Below, in pieces: positions 26,991 to 39,577 of a stretch of 64,000 nt of DNA (position 1 is the stretch's first letter; the number at the start of each line of letters is the position of its first letter). The stretch is from Octopus vulgaris (Eukaryota). The DNA lies in contig OX597840.1 of NCBI GenBank assembly GCA_951406725.2, positions 23,684,001 to 23,748,000 on the forward strand. The letters run 5' to 3'. A program made the position numbers and the translations under genes. Under the pieces are notes generated by a model. The model was not told where the DNA came from and did not search any database. It saw nothing but the letters and a program-made list of their open reading frames with translations.

Positions 26991-27321
26991 GGTAAAATTA
27001 CAGATTAACACCCGCACGATTTTCACGAAGAAAAAAAAAAACTCAGATTTTTTGCGTGGAATCAAGTACCCTGACCTCCTAATATGCTGTAAATCCCATA
27101 TTTTGTTTCGGAATTGGTCCGGAGGGGGGGGTGTAACACAAAAAAGAAATGATTTTTTGCGTGGAATCAAGTACTGTGGCAGTCCCCCACCCACCCTTCC
27201 AAACCCAAATATGGGATTTACAGCATATTACGAGGTCACAGTACTTGATTCCACGCAAAAAATCCGAGTTTTTTTTTTTTTCTTCGTGAAAATCGTGCGG
27301 GTGTTAATCTGTAATTTTACC
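26991..27321. mobile_element. MITE/foldback copy 1 (GGTAAAATTACAG... long TIRs)
   Basis: ggtaaaattacagattaacacccgcacgattttcacgaag at the left end, with its exact reverse complement at the right end. Confidence 0.92.
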
Positions 27322-27744
27322 CAGAAAAGGAACCACGATGATGATGATCCTCATCATTTAACATTCTCCTATTCATGCTTCTGTGGATCAGATGGAATTC
27401 ATTGATGGAGATTTTCTACATCTGGTACCTTTGTTGTGACCAATCCTCACCTGTTTCCAAGCAAGGAAATATTTTCCCTGGTGAGACATATTTTACGCAG
27501 AGGACTGGAAATGAACAACTGCACAAGTATGACGGTCATGATGTCCCTTTACGAACATCACATAGTATCTGGACAAGGGTACACATACACACACATGTAT
27601 GTTCAAAGATTTTCTTAAAGGAAATCTTTTACATTTTTTCTCTACGTGTAAATGTTTGTAATTCCTATTAGGAAATGAAACACATGTAATGCTGAATAAA
27701 TAATATCAAACTCTTCTCCATTGTCCTTATGTGTTTTTTTCTAA

Positions 27745-27907
27745 GGTAAAAAAAAATGGCTTCCACCCCCACCCACCCTGTTTTTTGGACCCGTAAAAGG
27801 GTTTTGTAGCATAATATGAGGTCAGGGTAGTTGATTCCACGCAAAAAATCTAACATTTTGATTTTTTCTTAGTGAAAATCATGCGGGAGTTAATATAGAA
27901 ATTTACC
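27745..27907. mobile_element. Diverged half-copy of the same MITE family
   Basis: 'gaggtcagggtagttgattccacgcaaaaaatc...gtgaaaatcatgcgggagttaatatagaaatttacc'. Confidence 0.75.
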
Positions 27908-28256
27908 CTTTTCTGTATGAATGCATTTACGTTTCAATAATTGATCCATTTTCATAGATTGATTTGGCACAAATAGCTTATGTTACCGTTAGACACATTC
28001 ACAAGTAGACAAACAAATGGTTTGATTAGGGTATAATCAATTTGGCAAAGAAACTAAAGAGAAAACATTACGACGATAACCACCACAGATCTACAATGGA
28101 AGAATTCACCACGTGTAGTTGAGGGTAAAAGAAAACGTTGAACGACAGTAAGTACATCCAAAATTTATAAAGCAGCAACATACATACATACATAGATACT
28201 TGTAGCACACATATATATACGTGCAGAGTGAAAATAAATCACACTATTTAATGTTG

Positions 28257-28590
28257 GGTAAAATTACAGATTAACACCCGCACGATTTTCACGAAGAAAA
28301 AAAAAAAAACTCGGTTTTTTTGCGTGGAATCAAGTACTGTGACCTCGTAATATGCTGTAAATCCCATATTTGGGTTTGGAAGGGTGGGTGGGGGACTGCC
28401 ACAGTACTTGATTCCACGCAAAAAATCATTTCTTTTTTGTGTTACACCCCCCCTCCGGACCAATTCCGAAACAAAATATGGGATTTCCAGCATATTAGGA
28501 GGTCAGGGTACTTGATTCCACGCAAAAAATCTGAGTTTTTTTTTTTTTTTCTTCGTGAAAATCGTGCGGGTGTTAATCTGTAATTTTACC
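28257..28590. mobile_element. MITE/foldback copy 2, inverted relative to copy 1
   Basis: Near-identical reverse complement of 26991-27321. Confidence 0.92.
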
Positions 28591-28608
28591 TATATAATAT
28601 ATATAGGC

Positions 28609-30159
28609 ACTTTTCTACAAGCGTGGTCCCGGTGCTAGCTAGTCGTGACTAGTCGATCTTACAAATACTACGTAATGCGAGTGCGCGACTAAAAATCACC
28701 TTCCAATGCGCTAGACATGTTTGAGGTTTTTTTTAACAAATAATTTTTTTTAAACAAAGAAAATAAAACACAAAGTAAGTAAATTCTTTGGTTGAGTCTT
28801 TTATTTACTTTGTTTAAGACAAAACCCATTTTATTTTATATATATTCAGTCATTATATACATATATTATTATGTGCGCATCTGTTAATTTGCATACTCGC
28901 GCTAGGTAGTCGTTGAAGGATCGACCAGTCACAACGGACTAGCACGAGTGCGCGCACCGGGACCATTCTTTTTGAGTAGTACCTTTGGTAGAGTATGGAG
29001 GACTGGTTATGTGGTCATGCTGCCTCTAATTTTTATTTCATCCCCCTGCAATGCTTCTAGATGTCTCACCAACGTATGTAATGTTCTTGTCTTTACAAGC
29101 ACCCCACAAGAAAATCTCTGTCTATAGATGGGTAGAGGCGAATTATATCCATTCTACCCGGACACAATCTGTGAGGTGTTCAGAGGGTTTGCAGCTATTG
29201 ATTCTACTGAGGAGATCCTCCCTGCTCACAAAGACGTGTGTCGCCATTTCCGTGAGTGGTCGTAACACCTGCGAGAGGAAGGAGTATAATTAACGTTGTC
29301 CCTTTTTTTAATAAAGGACTCATGAAATTGTAAGATGTATTCGGAGTCAGGATTTTGCTCCATGAGCCGACTCTGGGGTTTATGAAATATTAATGTTGAT
29401 GATAATAATAATAATAATAATAATTCTTATTGTATTTTTAAGTACAAAGCCTGAAATTTATAGGAAGGTGACGAGTTAATTTCAAGGACTCGAGTGCTCT
29501 ACTGCTTATTTTATTTACCTCGAAAGGATGAAAGTCGACCTCAGTGGAAGTCATGCTTTGAAAGGAAAGACGTTTGGGGCACCAACTCCTGACAGTCGAA
29601 ATATAAAGAGGGACTTTCACTGTGGGTTAGCTAGCAAGCTGGTCTTCAGAGAAGGGACTCCTGGTTGAGTGGGAGATGCATCTGGATGCTCAAATGATCG
29701 ATCGTACTCGCCCTCACAGTGTGTACCTGATTGAAGAGAAATAAACAATGCACAGACACACTCCCATTCCTGATTGCTTTTATCTCTAGTTTGACAAAGC
29801 TATTTACAAACGAAATGCTGTTAAGCAATTAATCCGGCATCTTAGAGATTCTGCCAGTATTTAATATTGTAGCAAGTCAGGAAAGCTATTTTAGTTGTCA
29901 CACCATAGCACTGTTCTGCTATGTCATTCTTCAGCCCATCAGGGTGGGCACGTATGGATCCTAGAAGGCAATTCAGTGCCCATGAAGAGAAGTGGGAGTT
30001 TTAATTAGTTTGCGGAAAGGCAGCAGACGAGTAACAATGCTTCTTTATCATTAACTCTGATCACTTCATAAACAGCCCATTTCACTTGTGGCAACTTTGC
30101 TCTGCGAAATTCTGGATGGCATCAACTCACTACTCTGGTCATGTTATGCCCACTATATT
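28609..30159 (+). repeat. ~1.5-kb dispersed block, copy 1, starting with a ~360-bp TIR element
   Basis: Matches 48494-50045 (-) and 56963-58339 (-). The first ~360 bp has imperfect inverted ends (tggtcccggtg...gtgactagtcgatc / gatcgaccagtcac...caccgggacca). Confidence 0.92.
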
Positions 30160-30726
30160 TTCATTTTGGCTAGCTCCATTCCCATTAGCTTCTAACACCT
30201 TCCAACTCAATCTACTTATGCAAGCATGGACAGTAAACGCATGACAATGGTAGTGATATAAAATATGCAATGTTGAATTACTTATGTTGGTGAACTATCC
30301 AGTTTTATCTTACTGCTTCTTTTCCTATTTCAGAATATCACAACATGTTGACGTGAAGGAAATCTCTCCATTCAGAAGTGTCTTTGATATTCTCATCACC
30401 TAAAGGAAGACAGTATATTTATAAGGAGCATTCATGAATAAGTCTACCTCTGTATATAAATACAGTCTATAACAAAGAACAGCTGAATATTTTTCTTTCT
30501 CTGGAATGTGGAGGAGGTGATTGCTTTCCTGGTGAATTAAAGTTGGATAAATTTACAAAGGAGTTGACAATTTCCATCTGCTGTTTTAGATATCGAGTAA
30601 GATCGTGGACGGAAGAAAGATTGCATTAAATTATTCTCTGCATGAAGTGACACGACGGAACAAAAACATATTCATAGAAAGGAAAAACACATTATCTTTG
30701 TGATATGTATGATAAGTAATTCTCTC

Positions 30727-31275
30727 ATAATGAATAATTTAAGTAAACCAGAAATCCCCAACACAGAGGATAAGGTATATAATTGTAATATCCGTGGTAA
30801 ATCCTTCCTTCAGTATCGTTACTTAACTTATCACCAACGTACACATACAGGAGAGAAGCCATATCACTGTGATATCTGTGGTAAATCATTCTCTTATAAT
30901 TGTCATTTGGTTACTCACAAACGCGTTCACACGGGAGAGAGACCCTATTATTGTGATATCTGTGGTAAATCATTCTGTGAAAGTACGGTTTTGACGAAAC
31001 ATAAGAAGATTCATACTGGTGAAAAACCATATCAGTGTGATATCTGTGGTAAATCTTACTCTCGTAATAGTCAATTGGTTAGTCACAATCGCACTCATAC
31101 AGGAGAGAGACCATTTAAGTGTGAAATCTGTGGTAAATCATTCTGTGAACGTAAAGTTTTAACTAACCATAAGAAGATTCATACTGGTGATAAACCTTAT
31201 CATTGTGATATCTGTGGTAAATCATTCTCTCAAGGAAATCACTTGACTAATCACAAACTTACACATACATGGTAG
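30727..31275 (+). CDS. C2H2 zinc-finger protein (1 degenerate + 5 intact fingers), probably truncated; decayed fingers continue to ~31470
   Basis: Repeated CDICGKSF...H...HTGEKPY. The stop falls in a mutated TGER linker (aca tgg tag aga cca). Upstream splice acceptor tttcctatttcag at ~30320-30332. Confidence 0.85.
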   Translation: MMNNLSKPEIPNTEDKVYNCNIRGKSFLQYRYLTYHQRTHTGEKPYHCDICGKSFSYNCHLVTHKRVHTGERPYYCDICGKSFCESTVLTKHKKIHTGEKPYQCDICGKSYSRNSQLVSHNRTHTGERPFKCEICGKSFCERKVLTNHKKIHTGDKPYHCDICGKSFSQGNHLTNHKLTHTW

Positions 31276-31471
31276 AGACCATATCATTGTGATATCTGTG
31301 GTAAACCATTCTCTCAAAGTAGTGACTTGACTATCATTGGTAAATCATTCTCTCAAAAGAAACACTTGATTATGCACAGTCGTATATATACACGAGAGAA
31401 GCCATATCTTTGTTTTATCTGGTAAATCATTCTCTCAAAGGAGTCATTTGGCTTATCACAAACTTACACAT

Positions 31472-31690
31472 AGGCGTAGGAGTGGCTGTGTGGTAAGTAG
31501 CTTGTTTACCAACTACATGGTTCCGGGTTCAGTCCCACTGCGTGGCACCTTGGGCAAGTGTCTTCTACTAGAGCCTCGGGCCGACCAAAGCCTTGTGAGT
31601 GGATTTGGTAGATGGAAACTGAAAGACGCCCATTGTATATATGTATATATATGTGTCTGTCCCACCAACATTAATTGACAACCGTAGAAA
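31472..31690 (+). mobile_element. tRNA-derived SINE family A (5' part), abutting the decayed finger array
   Basis: Head ggcgtaggagtggctgtgtggtaagtagc, with A-box-like tggctgtgtgg and B-box-like ggttcagtccc. Confidence 0.85.
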
Positions 31691-32474
31691 AGCCAAATCA
31701 GACAAGGGAAACTGGTGCAACTCATGGCTTTGTCAGCTCTGGTCAACCTATCCAACATATGCCTGTATGGAACACAGACATTCAATGTTGATTAAAAAAG
31801 CATGTATAGTGTGGTGTTATGGGCTGTGATGAGCTATGTGGTGTTGGTGGAGAGGATTGCAGATGAGTTAGACAGAAGTGAAGACTGCAGGGGCTGGAGG
31901 AACAGCCACGGGGCATGCATGGGCAGGAAGTTCAAGGAGAGACAGCAGCATGCAAGGACATGTTTATTTCTTGACAGTGATTGCTCATCCCACCTAGGTC
32001 AACAGGTAAGGCCTTTTGTATTTCTTTCTCCGGGTAAGGATGATTAGGTGATGGTCTAGGGCTTAGGGGCGGGAGAGCCCAGACCTTGGAAAAACCAAAA
32101 AAATTTGGTCGTCTTGTAGACCAGGGCTCTTTGTTGACACCTGATTCCACTGACGCCTGATTCCACTGAAGTCATTGGAAATGGAGATCTCCAGGTCCAA
32201 TTCTTGAACGGCGGCAAAGTAGCTAATGTCGATGGTGTTTGGAAGGACCTTTCAAGTGTTTGGCCTCACAGAGACAATGATGAATAACTCAGACCTTTTG
32301 CATTATATCTTGCTTGTGAAGGCCATCAAGCCAAGTAAAATCTGAGGTCACATAAAAGCAGAGTGGTTGGTGTTAGATAAGGTCATCCAGCAGTAGAAAC
32401 CCTGCCAAATCTGCTTGGTTGTAGGTAATCCCTGATACGAATGCATGTTCATAGAAAAAGTTAGTATTGTTATA

Positions 32475-33210
32475 GGCGTCGGAGTGGCTGTGTGGTAAGT
32501 AGCTTGCTTACCAACCACATGGTTCCGGGTTCAGTCCCACTACGTAGCACCTTGGGCAAATGTCTTCTACTATAGCCTCAGGCCGACCAAAGCCTTGTGA
32601 GTGGATTTGGTAGACGGAAATATATGTATATACATATATATATATGTATCTTTTACTTGTTTCAGTCATTTGACTGAGGCCATGCTGGAGCACTGCCTTT
32701 AAACGAGCAACTCAACCCCGGGACTTATTCTTTTGTAAACCCAGTACTTATTCTATCGGTCTCTTTTGCCGAACTGCTAAGTTACGGGGACATAAACACA
32801 CCAGCATCGGTTGTCAAGCAATGCTAGGGAGACAAACACAGACACACATGCATATACATATGTACGACGGGCTTCTTTCAGTTTCCATCTACCAAATCCA
32901 CTCACAAGGCTTTGGTTGGCCCGAGGCTATAGTAGAAGACACTTGCCCAAGGTGCCACGCAGTGGGACTGAACCCGAAACCATGTGGTTTGTAAACAAGC
33001 TACTTACCACACAGCCACGTCTTTGTCCTCCCAAAAATGCTTGACAACTGATGCTGGTGTGTTTACGTCCCTGTATCTTAGCGGTTCAGCAAAAGAGACT
33101 GATAGAATAAGTACTAGGCTTACAAAGAATAAGTCCTGGGGTCGATTTGCTCGACTAAAGGCGGTCCTCCAGCATGGCCACAGTCACATGACTGAAACAA
33201 GTAAAAGAGT
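32475..33210. mobile_element. Nested SINE A pair: a + copy interrupted by a complete - copy (~32650-33018)
   Basis: 5' half at 32475-32620, full antisense copy, then the 3' half at 33020-33210 ending gtaaaagagt. Confidence 0.85.
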
Positions 33211-33460
33211 ATGTTTTACAGTGACGACATTGAAGTTGACGATGATGAAATAGATTTAGGAAATGACATATTCTACAGTGAAGATAATGAAATTGAGGCC
33301 AGCAGTGGGCAATTTGAGACGAAAATCTCTATAAATTACACCAATAATCAATTGCATGGTTCCTGTTTCTGGGGACCAGTATTTTGTAACAGAATATATG
33401 AGAAAACTTTCTTAAAATGACCAGGTGAAGATTAAAAAAAAAACAGAATTGAAAGTGAAA

Positions 33461-33851
33461 TCTCTATGTGTATAAAGCTGAAGTTGTCTGTGTGTGGCAG
33501 GTTTGGTAGCCTTCAACTAACACTATCTCCTCCGAGACCCTGCAGTGCAAGATGACCAAAATTGAGAGTATGATAGAAGAAGGCTTGCTCTTACTTCCGT
33601 AGGAGATAAAATTCGAATTGGACCATGTTAACACCAAAATTATTTACATCAAAAAGGTGCTTTTTTTGCTATGAAAATCCCTATTTTTATGATATTTTTG
33701 ACTGCTGTGTCGACATTTTTCGGTGTATTTCAACAAGAAAATGTTCACTTTAAGAGAATAACAAGCTACATAATGCAACATTTTTACTTTTCAAAAATTC
33801 CAATTCTAAAGGGTCAAAAAGAATCCGAGCAACGCCGGGTTACACTGTTGG
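33461..33851 (+). mobile_element. Short non-autonomous Helitron-like element
   Basis: A|TC start (tctctatgtgtataaagctgaag), subterminal ccgagcaacgccggg hairpin and a degenerate CTAG end. The hairpin matches that of 51706-53244. Confidence 0.55.
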
Positions 33852-34460
33852 TAGTTAATATAAGGGAACAGACAAAAATGCTGGAACGAATCTAACCAGT
33901 CAGTAGAGACATCTATTGGAGAATTCAAGAAATACAATCATACAAAGGGAAATAACTTCTACACTACATCAACCAAGCTCCAATTATTAATTAAGGTGCT
34001 TAATTAGCGATCGCTGACTCGCAGTTTGTTTCTGAACAGGGTAAGTTGACAAAGATTTACTTTAAGGCTTTAATGATGATAATAATACTAATAATAATAT
34101 TGTAAATCATAGAATTCTGTGAATCTTTCGATGTTACAGTAATTATTTCGAAGCGAAAACATAAAAATATAAGGAAAATATATTAATTCGTCTTAAATAA
34201 TATTTTCTTCTTTAGATACAAGACCTGAAATTTGAGGGAGGTCAATAGTCGATTACATCGGCTCCAATATTTAACTGGTACTTAATTTATCGACCCAGAA
34301 GGAATAAAAGGTTACAGTCAGCCTCGACGGATTTGAACTCAGAACGTACCTCGTCTTAATTAATAACTTCCAAACTTAAATGTTGGTTTGTTGTTTCTGA
34401 AAACCTATGATCGGATGTTAGATGTGATATAGAGGAAATTTATTTGTAAAATGAGAGGAA
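33850..34460 (+). promoter_or_regulatory. Paralogue of 60545-61060; candidate non-coding first exon with GTAAGT donor at 34041
   Basis: Shared text, e.g. 'gtaagttgacaa...acagtaattatttcgaagcgaaaacataaaaa'. Function is inferred only. Confidence 0.35.
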
Positions 34461-34664
34461 AATCGTATGGTATAAGCCATAGCCACCCGTAATAAAAAGG
34501 AATACGGGTGGGGTAGTAGTCGCGTAGACTGGACCCGGTGCACGCATCCACGCTAGCCAGTCGTAGGTAGTCGATCCTACAGCGACTTGCGTATGCAAAA
34601 CATTTTTTTTTCTAAGTAGACCACTACAGGCGACAATTCACTTGTGTTTACTTTGAATAGCTAC

Positions 34665-34711
<47 letters not shown>

Positions 34712-34920
34712 ATCCAAACAAAAAAACACAACACGAGGACGTGGAACAAATATAGTATTATTGGAGGCAGAGATAAAACCAATATTAGGCAAATCAAACA
34801 GTAAAAAACATAAACCAATACATAGAAATAAAATTAATTAATATAATATACAAAATATATAAAATGTAAAATTCAAAATTTTCATGTACATTTTCAATTT
34901 TTATTTTTACTTCCACAAAG

Positions 34921-35133
34921 GATTCAGTGAAACTGGATATTGGGAATCATAAGAAAATGACACCATTGCTGGAAGCCGTCTCCAGGGCCCACCTCGGAAT
35001 AATCCATAAACTTATTATACATGGTGCAAACATGAATGCCGACGACAATGATGGCAATAATTGTTTGCACCTCTCCATAATAAAGAAAGAGATGTTCCAT
35101 TCTGAGGTGGAAACCATTCCCATTTTAGATGAG
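34921..35133 (+). CDS. Ankyrin-repeat exon of a MIB2-like gene
   Basis: Pyrimidine tract + AG at 34919-34920, 213 nt open (phase 0/0), GTAAGT donor. DSVKLDIGNHKKMTPLLEAVSRAHLGIIHKLIIHGANMNADDNDGNNCLHL follows the ankyrin consensus. Confidence 0.88.
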
Positions 35134-35664
35134 GTAAGTTTATAAAATTGTTTGTGAATATGTGTGTGTGGTTGGCATTAGGAAGGGCATGCAACCGTAG
35201 AAACTATGCCAAAACTGGCAATTGGTGCTTGAGCAGCTCTGCAGCTGCCCAGCTTCTGCCAAACTATCCAACCCATGCCAGCATAGAAAACGAATTAAAA
35301 ATGATGATGAGGAAGATGTGTGTATGTGTGAGTGAGAGAAATAGAGAAACAGGCAGACATTGTTTGCTATTTTCTTTCACTCACATCCACTTCTCTTCCT
35401 TTAGTATTAAATAATCCAGTTTCTCCTGATAGCACTAGTTGTATTATGTAACTAACAATATTCCATCTTCTTTCACCTTCAAAAGCATGGCCACTCCACT
35501 GTAAAGAAGGTAACCCATCTTAAATATGTGTCATGTAAACACTGCCATCACTGTATGAAGGAGAGGTGACCAACGACAGAGATAAGTCTTTAAATTTAAG
35601 AAAGAGAAATTCACAAACTGTTTTAAATATCGAATTTCAAGTTAAACGAGTTGAACTGTGTTAA

Positions 35665-35778
35665 TTGCTCTCTGAACTTTGCCCTGCTTAATCTTATTCT
35701 AGCAGCTATGCTCTTGGCGCATCCACCTCCACTACTGACTTGATTACCTAGATAACAGTAGCTATCAACTACTTCTAG
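35665..35778 (-). mobile_element. Small RTE fragment
   Basis: LEVVDSYCYLGNQVSSGGGCAKSIAARIR matches the RTE peptide encoded at ~15845-15950. Confidence 0.75.
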
Positions 35779-35786
35779 GTGCATAT

Positions 35787-38700
35787 CAGTGGCGTGCGGT
35801 GACTTCCGGCGTTGGGCATGCAATTAATTTCATCCCCCCCCCCGGCAATTTTTCAGTAAAACATTTTCGTATTCCTACGATTTACATATAAGAGATTCTG
35901 AATATGCAGAATAAACAGGGAATAAAAAATGGCTGTGCAGAGATGATCCTGAAATAAGTGTATTGTTTGTATTATTCTTTGCTCTTCGAAACGTCAGTAC
36001 TTTCCCATCCTCATTCTCCCTTAGAAAAGTCTAAAAATCATAAGTGAAATGTAATAAAGATGAAATTGGATTCTGTCAATATTTTTGCATATTCAGAATC
36101 TCTGTTAAAGGTAGGAATCCGAAAAAAAATTTTCACATAAATTCGTTTTTCAAAGGGGTGCGATTCTGCTTTAGCCCCTATACCTATCGGTTGAGCTGAA
36201 TGAAATGATTTAATTAAAAGAACACATTTAGTTACATTATATGGCCATGGTTTTAGATCGTTACGCTCTCGAAGACAAGTCAGGTTCTTTATCATGCTAC
36301 TTGTCAATTCCGGGAAAATTATTGACTGTTCTGAGACTTACTGAATTCCGTACATTAAAGGACTACGTCTCACGCACAAACATTGAAAATACACGCATAT
36401 ACATGAATACGCACACAATGAAAGACAGCGAAAATTCAACATTGTAAAAAGCCTCCCAAAACTGTTGTGGCAGAAGTCAACATCTCTGAGATTGAAACAA
36501 GACACTTATTGAAAGTGAAACAAAACACTTATTTACGGCCGTAAATAGACTACACCCAGCAGCACAGAAAGGGAAATCTATGTAGGTAGGTTTCACGAAG
36601 AAATCAAAACATTTCTCCTGCGAAACAATACTGATGTAAGAAGGTTGAACCTTACGTTATAACAAACACTAAGCAAAACCTGTAATATATGCTCTTTAAT
36701 ATATATTTTTTTTAATGTTTTAAAATGTTACTTAGCTCATTTATAAATTAATTCAATTCTTCGATCTTTCTGGGCAAATATATCTATCACATTTTCATAG
36801 AAATCTTCTCTTTTCATCAATTCTTGTAATAAATCTTTTTCAATTGACATTAGTGCTAACCCAGACAGTCTTCTTTCTCCTGTCGCATTTCTTTGGTATG
36901 TTTTAATTCTACTTAATGCAGAAAAGGATCGCTCTACAGAAGCAGTGGTAGACGGAATTGTCAAAATCAACTTGCACAGATTGAAGAGTTCTGGCATAGC
37001 TTCAACAAGATCAGTGCTGTTAATGTAACTCATTAAATGACTTACACCTGGTTTTTTAAAATCTTTCATTGAATACATCACATTGAGCTCACTTTGTAAT
37101 CGTATTACATCAAAAAATCTGCCATAAGTTGTTCTTAAAGAATCTAAAGAGTCCACAGGAAATTGTTTGCAATACTCATCAACTTTGTTGAAATTCAAAA
37201 GTTCCATGAATTTAAACTCTTCTAAGGATGAATATCGTGCTTTTATTTGGTCAACTATTGTACTTATAATTTTGTTATAAAGCGTTCTATAATGTCGTTG
37301 GGGATCAATAGATATATTCTTGGATCTCTGAATTCCGATTCCTGCATCGACTCCATATTTTTCCCCTAACCTATCATAAAAGACTGAAAAATTATCAAGT
37401 TTGTTTTCGAGTACAGTTCTAGTTTTATCTATTTGCTGTTTACAATACACTATGTCATGACTTTTACTCTGGAGTATGTTAAATAAGACGTCAGTAAAAG
37501 AAAAAATGTCACTGAATACCTCTAACAAAAATAAGAAATCAGGAGCTTTTAAAGTGTGTAAGAATCCAATTGCTGAATTTATGGTGGTCTCATCCCATGC
37601 TTCAGGATTTTCAATGATGTGTTCAAAAAGGCTGATTATGAAATTATAATTTTCCTTTGTGGTAATAATAAGACGTGAGGAGTAATTCCATCTAGTTGCT
37701 GTTGCTTTCGGAAATCTTTTTTTAACAATATTATCTAATGCATTAGTCCTTTTCGGTGATTTCGTAAAAAATGTACCGAGTCCATTTATTGTAGAAAAAA
37801 ATATCTTGCATTCTTTCATAGCAGAGCATGATTGTGAAAGAACTAAATTTAGGATATGGGCACAACAATGAATAAAGATCGCACATTCATATTTCTTTCT
37901 TACTTTTGCCTGTAACCCATTTAGTTGTCCTGCCATTGTAGCGGCACCATCATATGTCTGCGCAATCAATTTGTTTCCACATTCCCACGTCTCAATGCAT
38001 TTAAAAACATGTTCAGATAAAGCATTTGCAGATCGATCTGCACTAACATCACTAAAACCGATAAATTGTTCTTTCGTCACACAGTCTTCTGTAACATAAC
38101 GTAAAACTGTTGACAGTTGTGAAGATGCTGAGACATCAGATGTCTCATCAACAAGAATAGAAACAAACTTAGCTTGGTCAATTTCCTTCTGCATCTCATT
38201 CAACATAACTTTATGAATTGCTTCGATCAAGTCATTTTGAATTCTGTTCGACAGACCAGTGAAGATAGAAGCTGTATCTAAATGACTTTCCATTTGTTTG
38301 TCATACTTACTGATCAAATAAATGAGTTCTTTATAATTTCCCCGATTATTAGAGCCTTCAGATTCAAAATGACCCCGAAACGATAATTCCTGGAGGCCTA
38401 AAAAAATAACAACATCGATCAATCGTTGCAGAATGGATCTGTTTCGTCGAACTTTCTCATTATGCTGTTGTATGCTTTGATTTTTACGTGCATCTAATTG
38501 TAAGTCTATGCGAACATTCCCGAATATTTTAAGGTCTATCAAACATTTTATATGCCTTTGAGAACGCTCGTGCTTTAGCATAGCCATATGTAAATTATTT
38601 AAATCATCATAGCCTTTATCATTCCAAACATTTTTTTCTAAGCCAAAAAGTAAACACGGCCAACAGAATAATTTATTAAGAGCAACACTTCCAGTTAACC

Positions 38701-39577
38701 ATTTCTTCTTTTCATACGAATTAACCTGAAATTGTCTCGTGAATTTCTTGTTGTAGCTTCGCAAATTAGGTAAATTCGGTGTTGGTCTCCCGCGATTTAT
38801 AATTAATTTTTTCCCATCGAAGTCCCTTTTAGAAAAACTAGTTCTCAAAATATCGTTTATAGCACACATTTCACTCATTTTGAAAAAGGCTGCTCTTATT
38901 TAAGGACCCACGTGGAAGCGCCGGCGTAAATTTTAAGTCAATTTCAACAAAACGGAAAAATACCCTTTGTTAAATTAATTTAAGATTAATTAGCTATTTC
39001 TGAAATAAGAAATATAATGTAGATATTTTTGCTTTCAAAACTTTCTAAAAATATGATAGTGCAAACGGATGTTTTGGATAAAAAATTTCAAACTTACATG
39101 CGAAGGCTATTCCAACATTTCAGCTGGCTAAAACAAGAATTATGGGACGGCTCTTGTTCCGGTCAAAATAGCCAGAGAGGCGTGATATGCGATCTAAGCA
39201 CAGCATGACATGCCAAACTGAATTTGTCGAATCGCTGAGAGAGAAGGGGGTGACCATTCCTCGTAGTATATCTTTTAAACAAAGAAAGAGGGAGAAGGGA
39301 CAAACTATCAAAGACAGAGAGAAGGGACTCATGCTGTCTTCCCAACGCATGACAAGCGATAAATTTATCGAGTCACTAAGATAGAGAGAGAGAGAGAGAA
39401 GGAAGGACAAACTAATACAGACAGAGAGGGAGTGTGTATCATGCGATCTTCTAAAAGCATTTATCAAAGCAGATGTACGAAGTGGAGACAATATTTCTAA
39501 AACAACTGGACGTATTTTCTTTGAAACAAGGAAGGCATGCAGCGCATACCTTGCATTGCTGAGAGTGCACGCCCCTG
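35787..39577 (-). mobile_element. Complete hAT DNA transposon (3791 bp) in a MIB2-like intron
   Basis: TIRs cagtggcgtgc / gcacgcccctg (10 of 11 match). 8-bp TSD gtgcatat (35779-35786) / atgcatat (39578-39585), 7 of 8 match. Confidence 0.93.
36737..38878 (-). CDS. hAT transposase, 713 aa, uninterrupted (DUF4371/ZMYM1-like type)
   Basis: Motifs FCWPC, FRGH, LVDETSD, YDGA, HCCAHILNL, TRW and the C-terminal dimerisation motif SVERSFS...RLSGLALMSIE. Confidence 0.95.
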   Translation of the reverse strand: MSEMCAINDILRTSFSKRDFDGKKLIINRGRPTPNLPNLRSYNKKFTRQFQVNSYEKKKWLTGSVALNKLFCWPCLLFGLEKNVWNDKGYDDLNNLHMAMLKHERSQRHIKCLIDLKIFGNVRIDLQLDARKNQSIQQHNEKVRRNRSILQRLIDVVIFLGLQELSFRGHFESEGSNNRGNYKELIYLISKYDKQMESHLDTASIFTGLSNRIQNDLIEAIHKVMLNEMQKEIDQAKFVSILVDETSDVSASSQLSTVLRYVTEDCVTKEQFIGFSDVSADRSANALSEHVFKCIETWECGNKLIAQTYDGAATMAGQLNGLQAKVRKKYECAIFIHCCAHILNLVLSQSCSAMKECKIFFSTINGLGTFFTKSPKRTNALDNIVKKRFPKATATRWNYSSRLIITTKENYNFIISLFEHIIENPEAWDETTINSAIGFLHTLKAPDFLFLLEVFSDIFSFTDVLFNILQSKSHDIVYCKQQIDKTRTVLENKLDNFSVFYDRLGEKYGVDAGIGIQRSKNISIDPQRHYRTLYNKIISTIVDQIKARYSSLEEFKFMELLNFNKVDEYCKQFPVDSLDSLRTTYGRFFDVIRLQSELNVMYSMKDFKKPGVSHLMSYINSTDLVEAMPELFNLCKLILTIPSTTASVERSFSALSRIKTYQRNATGERRLSGLALMSIEKDLLQELMKREDFYENVIDIFAQKDRRIELIYK

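Noticed and set aside
29051-29828. Short ORFs 'conserved' in three places (MLLDVSPTY..., MLNSISF...)
   Set aside because: The similarity only reflects recent DNA duplication of the 1.5-kb block; no recognisable domain or splice structure.
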